DNA of 62,085 nucleotides, the filler included, from Vannella sp. (Eukaryota), in NCBI GenBank assembly GCA_023345925.1. It is 7 parts of 7 records of this genome, joined end to end, with 100 filler letters (N's around TTAATTAATTAA, not from the genome) between each part and the next. Parts side by side here need not be neighbours in the genome. Positions count along the whole stretch, not along the records: positions 18,936 to 25,961 come from JAJQQN010000377.1; positions 26,062 to 32,887 come from JAJQQN010000374.1; positions 32,988 to 40,482 come from JAJQQN010001190.1; 4 more parts are not named here. One strand, 5' to 3'. Position numbers and translations under genes: made by a program. The notes below the pieces were generated by a model, which was not told the DNA's origin, searched no databases, and was given only the letters and a program-made list of their open reading frames with translations. Positions 23,225-35,192 of the stretch are shown in pieces; the stretch's first letter is position 1; each line of letters starts with the position of its first letter.

Positions 23225-23446
23225 CTGTTGAATGAGCAAATCAATTCGTATTTTCTGGCAGAAAAACGAAAAGAGGACCGAAACAATCCAAACTTCAACA
23301 AAACAATAATGGCGTAATAAGTGTCCTTAATTCCGGTCTCAGAAGCGGGAAGTGACGTATTTTCCTTTATCCACTCTAAGGGAATTAATGTGGGTATTGA
23401 AGGGTATTCTTGTTGGGGTTGTAAAGTTGAACATTGTTTGTGGGGG

Positions 23447-25479
23447 ATGATGGAGCCGTGGGTTGGCTCCAGTTTGAAGAGCCGGATCAAAGCTCTTTCA
23501 GGGGAGCAGCTGAAGACCTTGATCTTGGAACGCTGCGCAGATGGCCGTCCAGAGATGCAGAGGGCATTACAACTCTTGATAGACGGCGATCGGAGACCAA
23601 AGGGAGCCGAGAGGGAAAGGTCGGGTTCGATGATCGGCAGCTTTCGGTCCGAAAGGAACCTCACTACTTCCTCTCCAACCACTTCTAGAAGATGGATTGA
23701 TGGTGATCGTACTTTGAAGCCTAATGTCTCACCTACACCCTCTTCTGGCCTCCTATCAACCGTGTTAGACCATCCCATCCTTCTCTCAAGCTTCCGGATG
23801 TTTCTTAAAGCCTCAGGGGGCTGTTTCAACCTCTCCTTTCGAAGGGATGTAATCGGTTTCCGTGATTCCTTTGCCTCGGTATCTCCTCAAGAGGCTAGAC
23901 AGCTTGCTGTGGCCATTCTGCACAACTATATCCTTCCTAACGCTCCACAAGAGATCTTCCTCGACTACGATCGACGTAGCTTCATTGAAGAGACTCTGGG
24001 GGTGTCAGATGATTTGCCACAAAGCCTCTTTGACGACGCTATTCAATCGATTGAGAGATCCATGGAGAATGACTCTGTCGCTCGCTTCAGTCGCTCTGAG
24101 GCCTTCTCGTTAGCCTCAAACCTTCGCCAGAGGATTGAAGAACGGTCCCAATTTCAAGAGGAAGGAGATTGGAGTGGATTGACCAGTTTGGAGTGGAGAA
24201 TAGCCTTTGAAGGAGCGAAAGTCATCTCTCTTGGTGTTGGAGATCTTCTATTGCAGAAAGGAAGGCGCTTTGATGGCATCTATCAGCTTCTAAGTGGGCA
24301 AATCAGTACCTTTGCAGACATTCAAATGACCGAATCCATCGAGAATCTAACCCAACCTGGTACTGTGATCCATTTGCTGGGTGGTATTGGATCTGTGCGC
24401 TCTCCAGTGGCTTATGTTGCCCAGGAGATTGGCACGAAAGTTTTGGAATTGAGTTTCAGCAACTTTTCTTTCTATTTGTCAAGCAAGCCGGAACTGGCAT
24501 TCCGTTTCTTCCGTTCTCTGCTTCGTACTTTGGGGACATATTTCCTCCATCACTACTATCAAAGTCAAGACTCCACCAGTATCCCACCAGCAGCCTCAAA
24601 GTTTTTAGACCAGGGAGTGTCGCTGTCTTTTGTTCCCTCACATTCCACCTCTTCAGAGGAGAAGCACATGGAAAGCGTGCGAGCGCAAAAGTTTCCCAGC
24701 TTGTCCCATGACGAAATTCCCATTTTTGGTAAGTTCTATGCTCCGCGCCAACAGGCCAGGCGGTCTAATTCCCTATAGCGTGTGACTGCTTGCTGCTGAA
24801 TAATTCACTGGGAACGCACAAGATAGTTAAGATCATGGTGACTGCAAAAAGCTTTGCTTTAGCTTCAGAAGGAGAAGTGGAGTACATTCCTCTCTCCTGT
24901 ATCCAAGAAATTCTCTTCAAGTCTAGAAATCGACTCCAACTACTTTTAGAATCGCCTCAACATAACAAAGAGAAGCGAATGGTAAGTAGATTCTTCAAAT
25001 TGCCTTTTTCTGATCTCGAAAGGCAGTTTGGCTTTGAGAGAGAAGATGAACGCAACAGATTATGCCGAATGCTCCACACTCGGATTGCCCTTTTGCATGG
25101 CGTCAGAGTTGGAGTGGATTGGAATATCTCTGAAGAAGAATGGAGTCGTCTTGTCGGTAAAGAGACTTTAGGATTAGCATTGGGAGACCATATTGTTTCC
25201 CCCAAAAGCAAATATCGTATTCTTGCTTATATCAAACAAGGCTCTTGCAACGTGGAAGATCAGTCCATGGTTTCTGGCTCAGTTCTTGGAGTAGTTGAAT
25301 TTTGTACAGGAATCAACCCTATTGCACCAACGATTGTAGCAGAAGACAACACAGAGCTCTGTTTGATTGACCAAACCTCCATTCTGAAACCGACACCGAC
25401 TCTTCCAGCCATGGAACTTGCCTCCAAGTTCCTTCACGCTCTCTGCTACCAAATGATAACCACTGATATCCGTGTGTAA
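23447..25479 (+). CDS. RGS domain + cyclic-nucleotide-binding domain + PH/GRAM-like + second cNBD
   Basis: RGS: VLDHPILLSSFRMFL...NLSF...ILHNYILPNAPQEIFLD...LFDDAIQSIERSMENDSVARFSRS. cNBD1: SLGVGDLLLQKGRRFDGIYQLLSG...PELAFRFFRSL. cNBD2: LALGDHIV...YIKQGSCNV...GSVLGVVEF. Intron about 24729-24777 and a probable in-frame intron at 24982-25026. Confidence 0.75.
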
Positions 25480-25790
25480 CTTGCAAACAATGTTTATCCA
25501 ACACCAAGTCAAGCTCCACTCTCTTGCCCCCCCACGGCGCGTACAAATGACGGATTTCCTCAGTTTCAAATTCTGAAATAACCATTGAATGCGCAATGAA
25601 AAATAAATAAGTGAGTATGCAAGCTCATTCTTTGCTGCCGCTCCAGAGGGGGATGACCGGTCTCAGTTGGCGCTCCCAATGTCGGCGACGTCCATAGAAA
25701 GGGTTCGGGTGTTTGGGGCACTTAGGAACCCCTGTGGTCCCTTTTGTGTTGCGAGACTCCCCCTGGCTCAGCTGATTTTGGAGAATGTCA

Positions 25791-25961
25791 TCAACCAGTT
25801 CCAAATGCGCCAATGTACCACGATACTCCATCCAGGGACGAGGTGAGAAACGAATCAGCAGTATATGGAATGATGTTGTATACTAATAGGGGATCTCAAA
25901 TGATCGTCAGTTTCTGGGAATAGAAATCGGGTCAATTCTACGAAGTCATGTTCGATACCAT
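25791..25961 (-). CDS. 3' end of a gene of unknown function (partial)
   Basis: Frame open from the contig edge: GIEHDFVELTRFLFPETDDHLRSPISIYNIIPYTADSFLTSSLDGVSWYIGAFGTG*; weakly WD40-like. Confidence 0.3.
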
Positions 25962-26061
25962 NNNNNNNNNNNNNNNNNNNNNNNNNNNNNNNNNNNNNNN
26001 NNNNNTTAATTAATTAANNNNNNNNNNNNNNNNNNNNNNNNNNNNNNNNNNNNNNNNNNNN
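25962..26061. other. Artificial contig linker
   Basis: N44-TTAATTAATTAA-N44. Confidence 0.99.
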
Positions 26062-26584
26062 CGGAGCTGTCTCATCAGGAGGTTCGTGGTAGGAGGGTGA
26101 TAAATGCTAACAAATGATGCAATGAAGGTGATGGGACGTACGTCTCTCGCCGATGATTCATGCGAACGGACTGGGGTGAACACTGCATGTCATAAAGAAG
26201 CCTTCGCCAGCACACACAAAACCTCCTCCGCTCTCTCTTCCATCAATCCCCGCCAAATCCTCGGCCCAAACCGTCGCCACCAGCAAGAGCACCGTCCAAC
26301 TCACCCGCATCCCCAACAATGACGACTCCCAGCCCTCCCAGTGCCCTTGTCCACCTTCCACTACCCCCAACCGACACTCAAACACCGCCAATCCCCCCCA
26401 AAGACCTCAACTAGCCTCTGCTCTCTCGACCCACGTCGTTCTCCCTCCTTTCTGCTCCTCTGGTGGAGCAGAGAGGGTGGAGAGAGCTTCAGGTACACAC
26501 CTCCGTGCAGAGGAGGCCTTTAGAAGCCCGAGGAACCATTTTTTGGGGATCCACCGGGTGAGAGGGACGGCCGAGGACTTTGCG

Positions 26585-29523
26585 ATGGGAAAGGACGAAG
26601 AAGAAGCAGCGAAGGGTTCACTTTCGCTACGTACAGAAGAGGAGAGGTGAGTGACTGGCTTTGGGAGGCTTGGGGGAGGAGAGGGAAGTGGAGTGTTGAC
26701 GAAGAACAGGAAAGGGGCTCGGAAGAAGCGCCCGTTGCGTATGAGCGCGGACAAGTCTGGACAGATCATAGAGGACTTACAGGTGAGTCTATTGGAGAGT
26801 TGGCAGCCTGGGACCTGATCGAGGGGTTGAAAGCGGGTCGTTGCTGCACTTACGGACGAAATGTGCCTTCTTCGATCCCTCCTTTGCACCTCTTGCAGTG
26901 CTATCAACACAGGCACTGTCCAGAAATGCCTCTCGGAACAGCAACGGACGCCTGAGACGATCAAACGGGCTCGGGGACATCGGACACTCACTGATCGTTT
27001 GGAGTTCTCTCCAGGGCTCTCTCCACTCCGCCCTCCAGGCCCAAGGAACTTCTCCAAGGAGATAGAAATCCATACAGATCTCTCTGATCCTGCTCGAGCC
27101 CCTCCCTCAGCACGCAACAAGGCTCGGGCGATGATCTCCAACCTCCTGCCCGTCTCTCCCAAGCTCCCTCGATCTCCTTCAAGTGAGGACATGGTGGAAA
27201 GAACCAAGTTCTTAGGCCTCTCACATCCTCTGGATCGCAAAGCAACGGAAGGGGTGGGAAAGTCTGTTTCGAGACAGTCGTCGTACTCCCCGGGATCGAT
27301 GACTTCGCCAGTTCACAGGAAAGGAGGATCTGCTATCCAGTTTGGCGCTCGTGATGACATTGACCAGGGCTTCTCTGCCAGTCAGGTCTCCTTCAGGCCA
27401 GCTGCCCATCGGAGGAGGAGTGATGATCACTTGGAGGAGGGTTCCAACTCCCAAGACGCCTCAGAGCTCTTCAGTGTACTGTCGCGTGCTGGGAAGGAGA
27501 AGAGCCAGGATCGCCGGTCTCAGGCACTGGCGGGGAGTGACCCTGAAGCAGAAAGAGAGCTCAGCGATGAGGATGAAGATGAGGATGAGAACGAGTCTGG
27601 AAGCAAGAAGCGGCGACGAGAGCAGTTACAAGCGATCGGGAGCATCAACCGGCTTCATTCTCCGGTCTCCTCAAGTCCACCAGCGGGAAGGTCAAGCTCC
27701 CTCGGACATTCCTCAATGGATGCTCGAGCCTCGAAGGCGAGTGCTGATGTAGCCAACATCTTATTTAAGATCCGCTTAGTGCAAGAGTCCATGGCAGGAG
27801 GGGATCAATCGAACACTCTCAACATTCTCCAGGAAATGGAGAAAGACTTGCTCTTGTCTGTGGGAGTGGGCAAGGTCGCTTCGCCCGCCCAATCTTACAT
27901 TGACAAGCTTAAAGACAGTGAGCTAACGGACTCATTCTCTCTGGTTTTGCGACAGGATTCGGGCCCTGTTGATGAGGAAGAGGAAGAACCTCCTTTTATT
28001 GAGTTGAAGGTTCGTGTGGACCAAGACAGTCTCCTCAACTCTTCAGCCAGTCCCACTGTTAGTAACAGTCCCACACCTGACTTATCCCCGATGATATCTC
28101 GTAGAGTGAGCCGTTCGATCTCCTCCACTCCAGAGACAATCACAACTCGAGCGAAAGATTCTGTGGTGAAAGTTGCTCGTCGTCGGCGCTCTTCATCGAC
28201 AACGGAGGATACGCATGGGGAGCGGTTTATCACTTTCCTGGTTCACAAAGACGGGCGCAAGATACTCAAGGACGGGCACATTCTCGACATCATGGAGTGG
28301 ATGATTAATACGGAAGCCAGTGCGACAGATCTTGACACCTTCTTGTTTAGTTTCCGAGTCGCTACCAGCCCAGACATACTTTTAGATACTTTGACAGTCC
28401 TTTATCGGTTTAATTTGGACCCCAATCGCTCACAGCAGATAGTACGGATGCTCAAGACTTGGGTCAAGAAGTATTATGGAGTTGATTTTGCGAGGAATGA
28501 GGAGCTTTCCTCAAGGCTTTGGGGGTTTGTCCAGACACACACTCCGTCTCAACTCAAGACCATGAAAAAGAGCACAAACTCGTGGTACAACCAACATTGG
28601 TCGGCCCAACGACGCATTCCGATGACAGTGGAGCCTTTCGAATCAGCTTCTCGAATCGATTTGACTGAAATGGATCCTCTGGAAATAGCCGAGCAGATTA
28701 CCGAGATGGAATGGGAGTTCTTCAAACACTTTCACATTCTCGACTGCCTTTGCGATGAGAAGTGAGCCTTTCTCTCACCATCAGCCCACTTGCTGTACTA
28801 ATCAATTTTTAGACCGGATTCGCACGCCAGCCGGCTGCTTGTTGAGCAGTTTAATCGAATATCAGGATGGGTAGCCAGTGCAGTTCTTTCCTCTGCTCGT
28901 GTTAAGCGCAGAGCAGCAATTATTTCTTTCTTCATTGAGATTGCCAAACATCTCTTCACACTTCAAAACTATAACGCCATCGTAGAGATCACAGCTGGGC
29001 TTGACTCTACCGCGATTGGTCGGTTGAAGCGCACCTGGAGAGTATGTCGTGCCTTTCTCCTTCTTATCGGATCTAATCCCTTGTAAAGGTTGTCCAAAAT
29101 GACTACAAAGAGTCCTACAAGGAACTACAACGCTTGAATGCGCTACTTTCGCCACAAGAGAACTTCAAACATTACCGGCAGCTTTTGCGCCATTCAACTC
29201 CACCTTGCGTTCCCTTCTTTGGTAAGAAAGGTTGTCTTCCAGTGGGCATTTCTCACTCATATGTAGGGGTTATCTCTCGGGATGCCACGCTCATCAATGT
29301 GGGCAACTCAACTTTCTTAGCCAAACGAAATCTGTTCAACTTTGAAAAATGCGTTATTCTTTGGACGAAACTGGCGAGGGAGATTCTGTGCCTCCAGCGA
29401 TCTCCATTTGCCTTTGCCATTATTCCCTCTCTCCGTGCCACCTTGCAGACACTCCCCCAGCCTGATGAACACGAACTCTACCAACTTTCTATCAAGCTGG
29501 AGCCCATCGGCGCCAACAGCTAA
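26585..29523 (+). CDS. Ras guanine nucleotide exchange factor (disordered N-terminus, REM, CDC25)
   Basis: REM (DTFLFSFRVATSPDILLDTL...MLKTWVKKYYGVDF) and CDC25 (DPLEIAEQITEMEWEFF, QNYNAIVEITAGL, NFKHYRQLL...PPCVPF, FNFEK, LYQLSIKLEP). Several short introns; start codon approximate. Confidence 0.88.
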
Positions 29524-29600
29524 ATACACCAATTCTTATTAAGTTAAGAAGAGAAAGAGGCAGCCAGGATCATTTGCTCCTTCTTCTAGACTCTTTCCTT

Positions 29601-32031
29601 TCATTCTTCCAATTCACTGAGAAGCTGAGCAATGTCATGAAAGACTTTTGGGTCCTCAGCGACAGCAGGAATCTGCCATTTCTCTTTGGAAGCGATTTGT
29701 TGCAGAATCCCTCTTAAAGTCTTTCCTGATCGTGTTTTGGGTAACTTGTTTACCTGAAACATCTGATCAGCACCAGAAATGGTATGAAGGGGTGTTTCTG
29801 ACCACAATAACCTTGTGGAAGGATGCAACAGCTCCAATCTTCTTCCGAACGAGATCTGCACATTCAGTAGAGAGCTGTCGATTGCAGAGCGTTTTCCGAG
29901 CAGAAGATGCAACAACGAAGCCTAAAGGTACTTGACCTTTGACTTGGTCTGTCAAACCAACTACGGCACATTCAGCCACATCTGGGTGACTTCCGAGAGC
30001 CTCCTCCAACGACCCAGTGCTCAATCGATGTCCAGCAACATTGATAAGATCTCCACTTCGTGTCATAACAAACAAATATCCATCAGGGTCGAAGTAGCCC
30101 ATGTCCCCGGTCTCCAAAAAGTCAGGATTGTGGATAAAATACTTTTCCTTCAATCCCGACGGGCTACGGAATAGTGAAGTCATACTAGAGATCGTAAGTG
30201 ATCAAAAGTGGGGTCAGTATCAACCCTTACCATCCCGGCGGGAGCGGCCTCCTAACGCAAATACGGCCCAATTGGGAAGGTGCTGCTTTTGTGGTTCCTT
30301 CCTTCAGAAGTACTCGAACATCATACCCAGGAACCTTTCCCAATTAGATTCACTTGAGTTTGATCACAATAGTACGTACAGGGAGAGAAGGGCTGCCTAA
30401 CTTCACTGGATGTGCCATTTGTTTCGAAAGAAAGTTGGAGGCCAAGGGCCAGCCAGTTTCAGTTTGCCAGTAATTGTCAATGACTGGGCAACCAACAATC
30501 TTTTGTACCCATGCCACCGTTTCCGGATCGGAGCGCTCTCCTGCCAAGAACAATCCGCGCAAATGGGCCACACCTTACCAAAGAGGTCAGAAGAGACGAT
30601 AGTCTGGAAGCTTCTCACCCCCAATACCCTTCAATTCTTCGCCGAAAGGGTCTTCTTTTCGCATGGCCCGAATCGCAGTTGGAGCAGTAAAGAAGACATT
30701 GACATTGTTTGCTTTCATCACTCGCCAATACGCCCCTGCATCGGGAGTTCCGACGGGCTTTCCTTCAAAGATAACGCTTGTACATCCAGCAATTAGAGGT
30801 CCTTCATCTAGTGAGTGGGACCAGTTAGAGTGAGGATGATTGAGACGTACCGTAAGCGATGTAAGAGTGTCCGACCACCCATCCCACATCACTGGCCGCC
30901 CAGAAGACATCTTTGTGACGCACTGAGAAGATGTTTTTCATGCTCCACTGCAGTGCCACTGCATAACCTCCTGTATCTCGGACAATGCCTTTTGGTTGAC
31001 CTGCGAATGTTGTTTTAACTTTACGGCTGTGATTAGCTTCAGCACTTCCGTACCTGTGGTTCCCGAAGTATACAGGATATAGAGAGGATGATTCGAGGGG
31101 ACTGGGATGGAAGAAACTGATCTAGCAGTGGCCATCAAAGATGTCCAATCAAAGTCTCTTTCTCGCATTTCCGCTCTTTCCCCTTTTGGTCAAGGGCTCC
31201 TTAAGAGGTCACAATGACGTCACTTACAAACATTCTCTTCGTTGGAAGATAAGGCATTTGGTCTCTGTCACTCCAGAAAGATGCAAAGCTTCATCAAGAA
31301 GAGGTTTGTAAGGAATAACGCGTTTGGGCTCAATCCCACATGAGGTTGCGATTATGAGACTTGGTGAGGCGTGACGGATTCTCGATGCTAGTTCCTTTTC
31401 CATCAGACAATGGGTCAGGAGGAGTTGAGGGAAGCTTCCAGTGGACAAGTTACCTCAGCTGCGAACCCTCCAAAGACGACAGAATGTGGGATTCCCAGTC
31501 TCGCACAAGCCAGCATTGCTATGACAGCTTCTATACTGTTTGCCATGTAGATTAGAACGGGTTTGGGGGCCTCTTCCCCCTTTTGGTAGCCTCCACATCC
31601 CAGTTGCTGCAGAACACCTGGAATCCAGAGGCTGAGCTTATCAGGGTCTATAGAAGGAACGTTGACGTACAGCTAAGACGAGAGACTTGATCCAGGAGCT
31701 CAGAATAGCTCAAAATACGCTTCGAGTTGTTGTATGCGCTCTCAAACACGAGAGCAGAAGAGTCCCCGCGGCCTTCTTGAACGTGGCGGTCTAGAGCGTT
31801 AAAAGATACATTCAATTCGCCATCAGAAAACCACAGACTAGCAGGAGAGGCCCCTTCGCGGTCGAGAATCCTCTTTGGAGCTTTGTACCAGCTCAGCCCC
31901 TCGCTCTGCTCCCTCCAGAACCCTTCTGGATCAGCCAGAGACCGTTCATACTCCTTCACGTAGCCTTGGCGTAACACTGCACCTCCTCCTGACCGGAAGA
32001 ATCGCCGTACAACGAAACAAAGACCCCTCAT
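29601..32031 (-). CDS. ACSS3: Propionyl-/short-chain acyl-CoA synthetase (ACSS3/PrpE-like), mitochondrial, many exons
   Basis: [85 protein letters not shown] and LPKTRSGK. Confidence 0.92.
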
Positions 32032-32099
32032 GAGGCCAGCGCGGGCGGAAGAAAGGAGAATGGCGGTTGAATGACCCGGTTATGAATGTGAACTACACT

Positions 32100-32887
32100 T
32101 TAGAGATCCAAGATAGCTTTCCACTCGGGTTCCATGTCAGCCAGGACCCCACGCGAGGACTTTTCACGCAAACGGAAGGTGAAAGGGCCGTTATGGAGCA
32201 GCTCGGCATCTCGGGACCACGAGAAGAGGTTAGGAGAGGTACTGGGAAGGAAAGGGTTCAGTTCAACCACCCAAACCTTGCCAAAGTCCGGTCCTGTGAG
32301 AGCAAAGTCAACAATGTAGCTTTGCAACTTCTCATTGGGAGCCAATTGGGGGTCGATGTGGTCCTCCCAGAACTGGTAAATACGTTGAGAGATCTCTTCT
32401 CTTTGCTTCAGCAAGCGTTGGGACACCATCTGGTGGTTGTACTGAGAGAGGGCAGTGAATTGCCGGTTCGAGACGAACCCTCGAAACTCCATGTCTGGCT
32501 CAATATCAGTCCATTCTCGGATGACTAAGTTCTGCTGCCAGGTACGGTCTTTCAGGTTGGGATTGAGAGCCACAAACATGTCCATTCGGATACGGTCAGA
32601 GCTGCACAATAACTCGATGGCTTGGTGGGCCTCAGTGACCTTCAAACACTGAACTCCAGCATACAATAGAGCATCCAGTTTACTGTTGAAGTCGTTAGGA
32701 TCATCACTAGTCATAAGTCGCTGTTGATAGAGCTCTTTAAGGTTCTGAGAAGCCGCTGGAGCATCTTTGGGAGAGCGGCAGGAGGTTTTGATGAAGAACC
32801 CCGCGCCCTCTGAGGTCTGAATGGTCTTGAGATGACGGGACAGTCTCTCATTGAGGTCTTGCAACTGACCAGAGGCGTCCATCTGCA
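32100..32887 (-). CDS. Cdc123/D123-like ATP-grasp protein (R2K clade), 5'-partial
   Basis: FFIKTSCRSPKDA, SSDRI, LVIREW, MEFRGFV, ALSQY, YIVDF, VVELNPF and LFSW. Confidence 0.82.
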
Positions 32888-32987
32888 NNNNNNNNNNNNN
32901 NNNNNNNNNNNNNNNNNNNNNNNNNNNNNNNTTAATTAATTAANNNNNNNNNNNNNNNNNNNNNNNNNNNNNNNNNNNNNNNNNNNN
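32888..32987. other. Artificial contig linker
   Basis: N44-TTAATTAATTAA-N44. Confidence 0.99.
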
Positions 32988-32988
32988 T

Positions 32989-33189
32989 CCCGTTGTCTCT
33001 TCTGGCACCAACCTTTTCATCACTTTCGTGTCGGACAGCTCTGTGAACCGCCGCGGCTTCTCTGCCAGCTACGGCACCGATAGTAAGCATCCCCACACGC
33101 CTCATCCCACCCCCAAATCCGAGCCCACCCGCGCCCAGCCTCCAGGTCCCAGCATGGCGGCCAGCCCTACCCCAAAGCGCACCCACTAA
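32989..33189 (+). CDS. 3' end of a CUB-domain protein with Pro-rich tail (partial; absent from the ORF track)
   Basis: PVVSSGTNLFITFVSDSSVNRRGFSASY matches the CUB C-terminal consensus SSGNxLxxxFxSDxSxxxxGFxAxY; TAA at 33187-33189. Confidence 0.7.
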   Translation, partial: PVVSSGTNLFITFVSDSSVNRRGFSASYGTDSKHPHTPHPTPKSEPTRAQPPGPSMAASPTPKRTH

Positions 33190-33666
33190 GGGAGAGCTCA
33201 GGGCCTGGTTCTGCCCTTCCTTTCCAAGTTACAACCTTCTCCACACGTCAGGCAGACACAAAATCATCCCAGTGATGGCTTCCTGGCGAGCTCATCTTTG
33301 TTAAATAATGTTTTGAGATTTTCAGCTTCCTTTGCTTCTGCTCCACTCCTCCAGCACTTGCCTCACATCCTGAGATCATTCACGAGTGAAGGGGAAGAGG
33401 ACAGAATTCGTGTTTGCTCAGCTTGCCCTGATGACCTCCATCTATTCAGGATAAGCTTTTGGAGTGATTTCATTTTTTCACTTTTTGGATGATTGAGGAG
33501 GGCATTCGCGCCATCAACCAATCAGGATGCTGCACACCTTTTGGACCAACTTTTTGCTCATTCTCGTTTTTTTTCTCACTTTTTGCCTTCCTTTGGTGCG
33601 AAAGGGTGGAGCCTTCAAAAGGGGCGAGGAATATCTGTTTGGCATTCATTACAGTACTCTATTAGA

Positions 33667-34155
33667 ATGGCATCAAGTGTCCGCTTGTCTTGCTCGGCTT
33701 TTGACTTCTTCTCGACCAATGTTGTCGGTCCCCACTCTTCGGAGTACGCGGGGGAGCGATCCTTCTTCCATGTACTTGTGAGTGCGCCTGGTTTCTACAC
33801 CTTCCAGTGCTCGCAGCCCCTCTCCAAAGTGATCATCGTTGGACATAACGGCCGAGTTCTGCACTCGAAAACGTTTCCGGAAGGGAAACTCTTGCGCTGG
33901 AGAGCTCCCACTCCCGGCAAGTACCTCTTCAAGTTGTGGACTGGTGCCGTCGCCGATCGCTACTCTCTTCAATGGAGTACGGAGGGCGAACTCAAAGAGT
34001 CTATCACATCAGTGGACCAAATCCTTTGGTCTGGTGCGTCCTCCCATTGCGACGGTTCAATGTTTGAAAGAGGCTTAGAAGTGAAACGAAAGAACGGAGT
34101 CTTTCAGTTTGGCAACAACACTGGCTCAGACCGAATAAAACAATCCTCTCGCTAA
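33667..34155 (+). CDS. Hypothetical protein, 162 aa, beta-sandwich-like
   Basis: ATG-initiated intronless ORF with APGFYTFQC and PTPGKYLFKLW strand motifs. No family recognised. Confidence 0.5.
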   Translation: MASSVRLSCSAFDFFSTNVVGPHSSEYAGERSFFHVLVSAPGFYTFQCSQPLSKVIIVGHNGRVLHSKTFPEGKLLRWRAPTPGKYLFKLWTGAVADRYSLQWSTEGELKESITSVDQILWSGASSHCDGSMFERGLEVKRKNGVFQFGNNTGSDRIKQSSR

Positions 34156-34404
34156 TCCCCGCCACCAAGCTTTGCTGTTCCCTGGGCTGTAGCAGAGTCA
34201 AGTCAATCATCAACATAAGAGGAAAGGCAGATTCACAATCGCTGAATCAAAACGCTCTCAAAACCGGACAGAAACTTCTCCCGAAAGTTCTGTCCGGTGG
34301 GACATCGGCGCAGAAGTTTCTGAGCTTTCGCGTGGAAAAAGCCTTTCGGAGGGAACATAAAAGAAGATGTCGCCTGAATCCAAGTCACTCTCGCAACACC
34401 ACGT

Positions 34405-34941
34405 ATGTCTGGAAGCCTTTTGAACAGCAACAGCGAACTCTTGAACTTGGAGAAAGAGGAACTCGTCATGGACGAGAGCGTTCCAGAAGGAGTGGTGTTC
34501 GAATGCGTCTCTCACTTTGACTACTGGTCGCTGGGATTGATGTGGGCTTTCTCCAAGTTTACTTTGGTGTGCGTGCTTCTGTTTGGCACTCCCATTCATA
34601 ACGGCATTCCTCTCGTCCTCTTCATGGGAGTGGAGATAACTCTCTTTGTTCTTTACGCCAGCTTGACGACTCGCCGCCTGGTGTTGACCAATGACAAGCT
34701 CACCATCGTCACCTGGTGCTCTCGGAAGTTCAGCTTCCCGATCCGAAGCATCATCGAGATCAAAAGCGCCTCTTGGAAGTCTTTCAGCCTCTTCAACTTC
34801 GCTTCCGCCTTCCGAAACCGCCTTCATCTCCGTCGGATTGCAGGCATCAACATCATCGTCTCCCCCGAAGATCCAGAAGCGTTCTCCAGTGCGTTGGAAG
34901 AGATCCTCCGCAGAAACCAGGGATCTGCCTTTGCCTTGTAA
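34405..34941 (+). CDS. Two-TM protein with a bacterial-type PH (bPH) domain
   Basis: Two hydrophobic helices followed by RRLVLTNDKLTIV...FPIRSIIEIK...NRLHLR...IIVSPEDPEAFSSALEE; intronless. Confidence 0.65.
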   Translation: MSGSLLNSNSELLNLEKEELVMDESVPEGVVFECVSHFDYWSLGLMWAFSKFTLVCVLLFGTPIHNGIPLVLFMGVEITLFVLYASLTTRRLVLTNDKLTIVTWCSRKFSFPIRSIIEIKSASWKSFSLFNFASAFRNRLHLRRIAGINIIVSPEDPEAFSSALEEILRRNQGSAFAL

Positions 34942-35192
34942 ATGATAAATTGGATTCACTCACTTTCTTTATCGCAAAGGCGTTCACTCTTTCCCGGACC
35001 CAGACAGAGATGCTTTGGCTGGATGGGTTTGCGTTTACGAGAGCTGTCTTTGTTTCTTTGGTCTGCAGTCAAACACGCAGAGCGTTCAGTGAGACGCACC
35101 CTTTAAGAGATTAAATAAATCCTTTTTAACAAAGAGTCAAGTCACTTTGTCAAGTTTGAGGAAAGAACTGTACATTGTTAGAGTGGAAGGTT

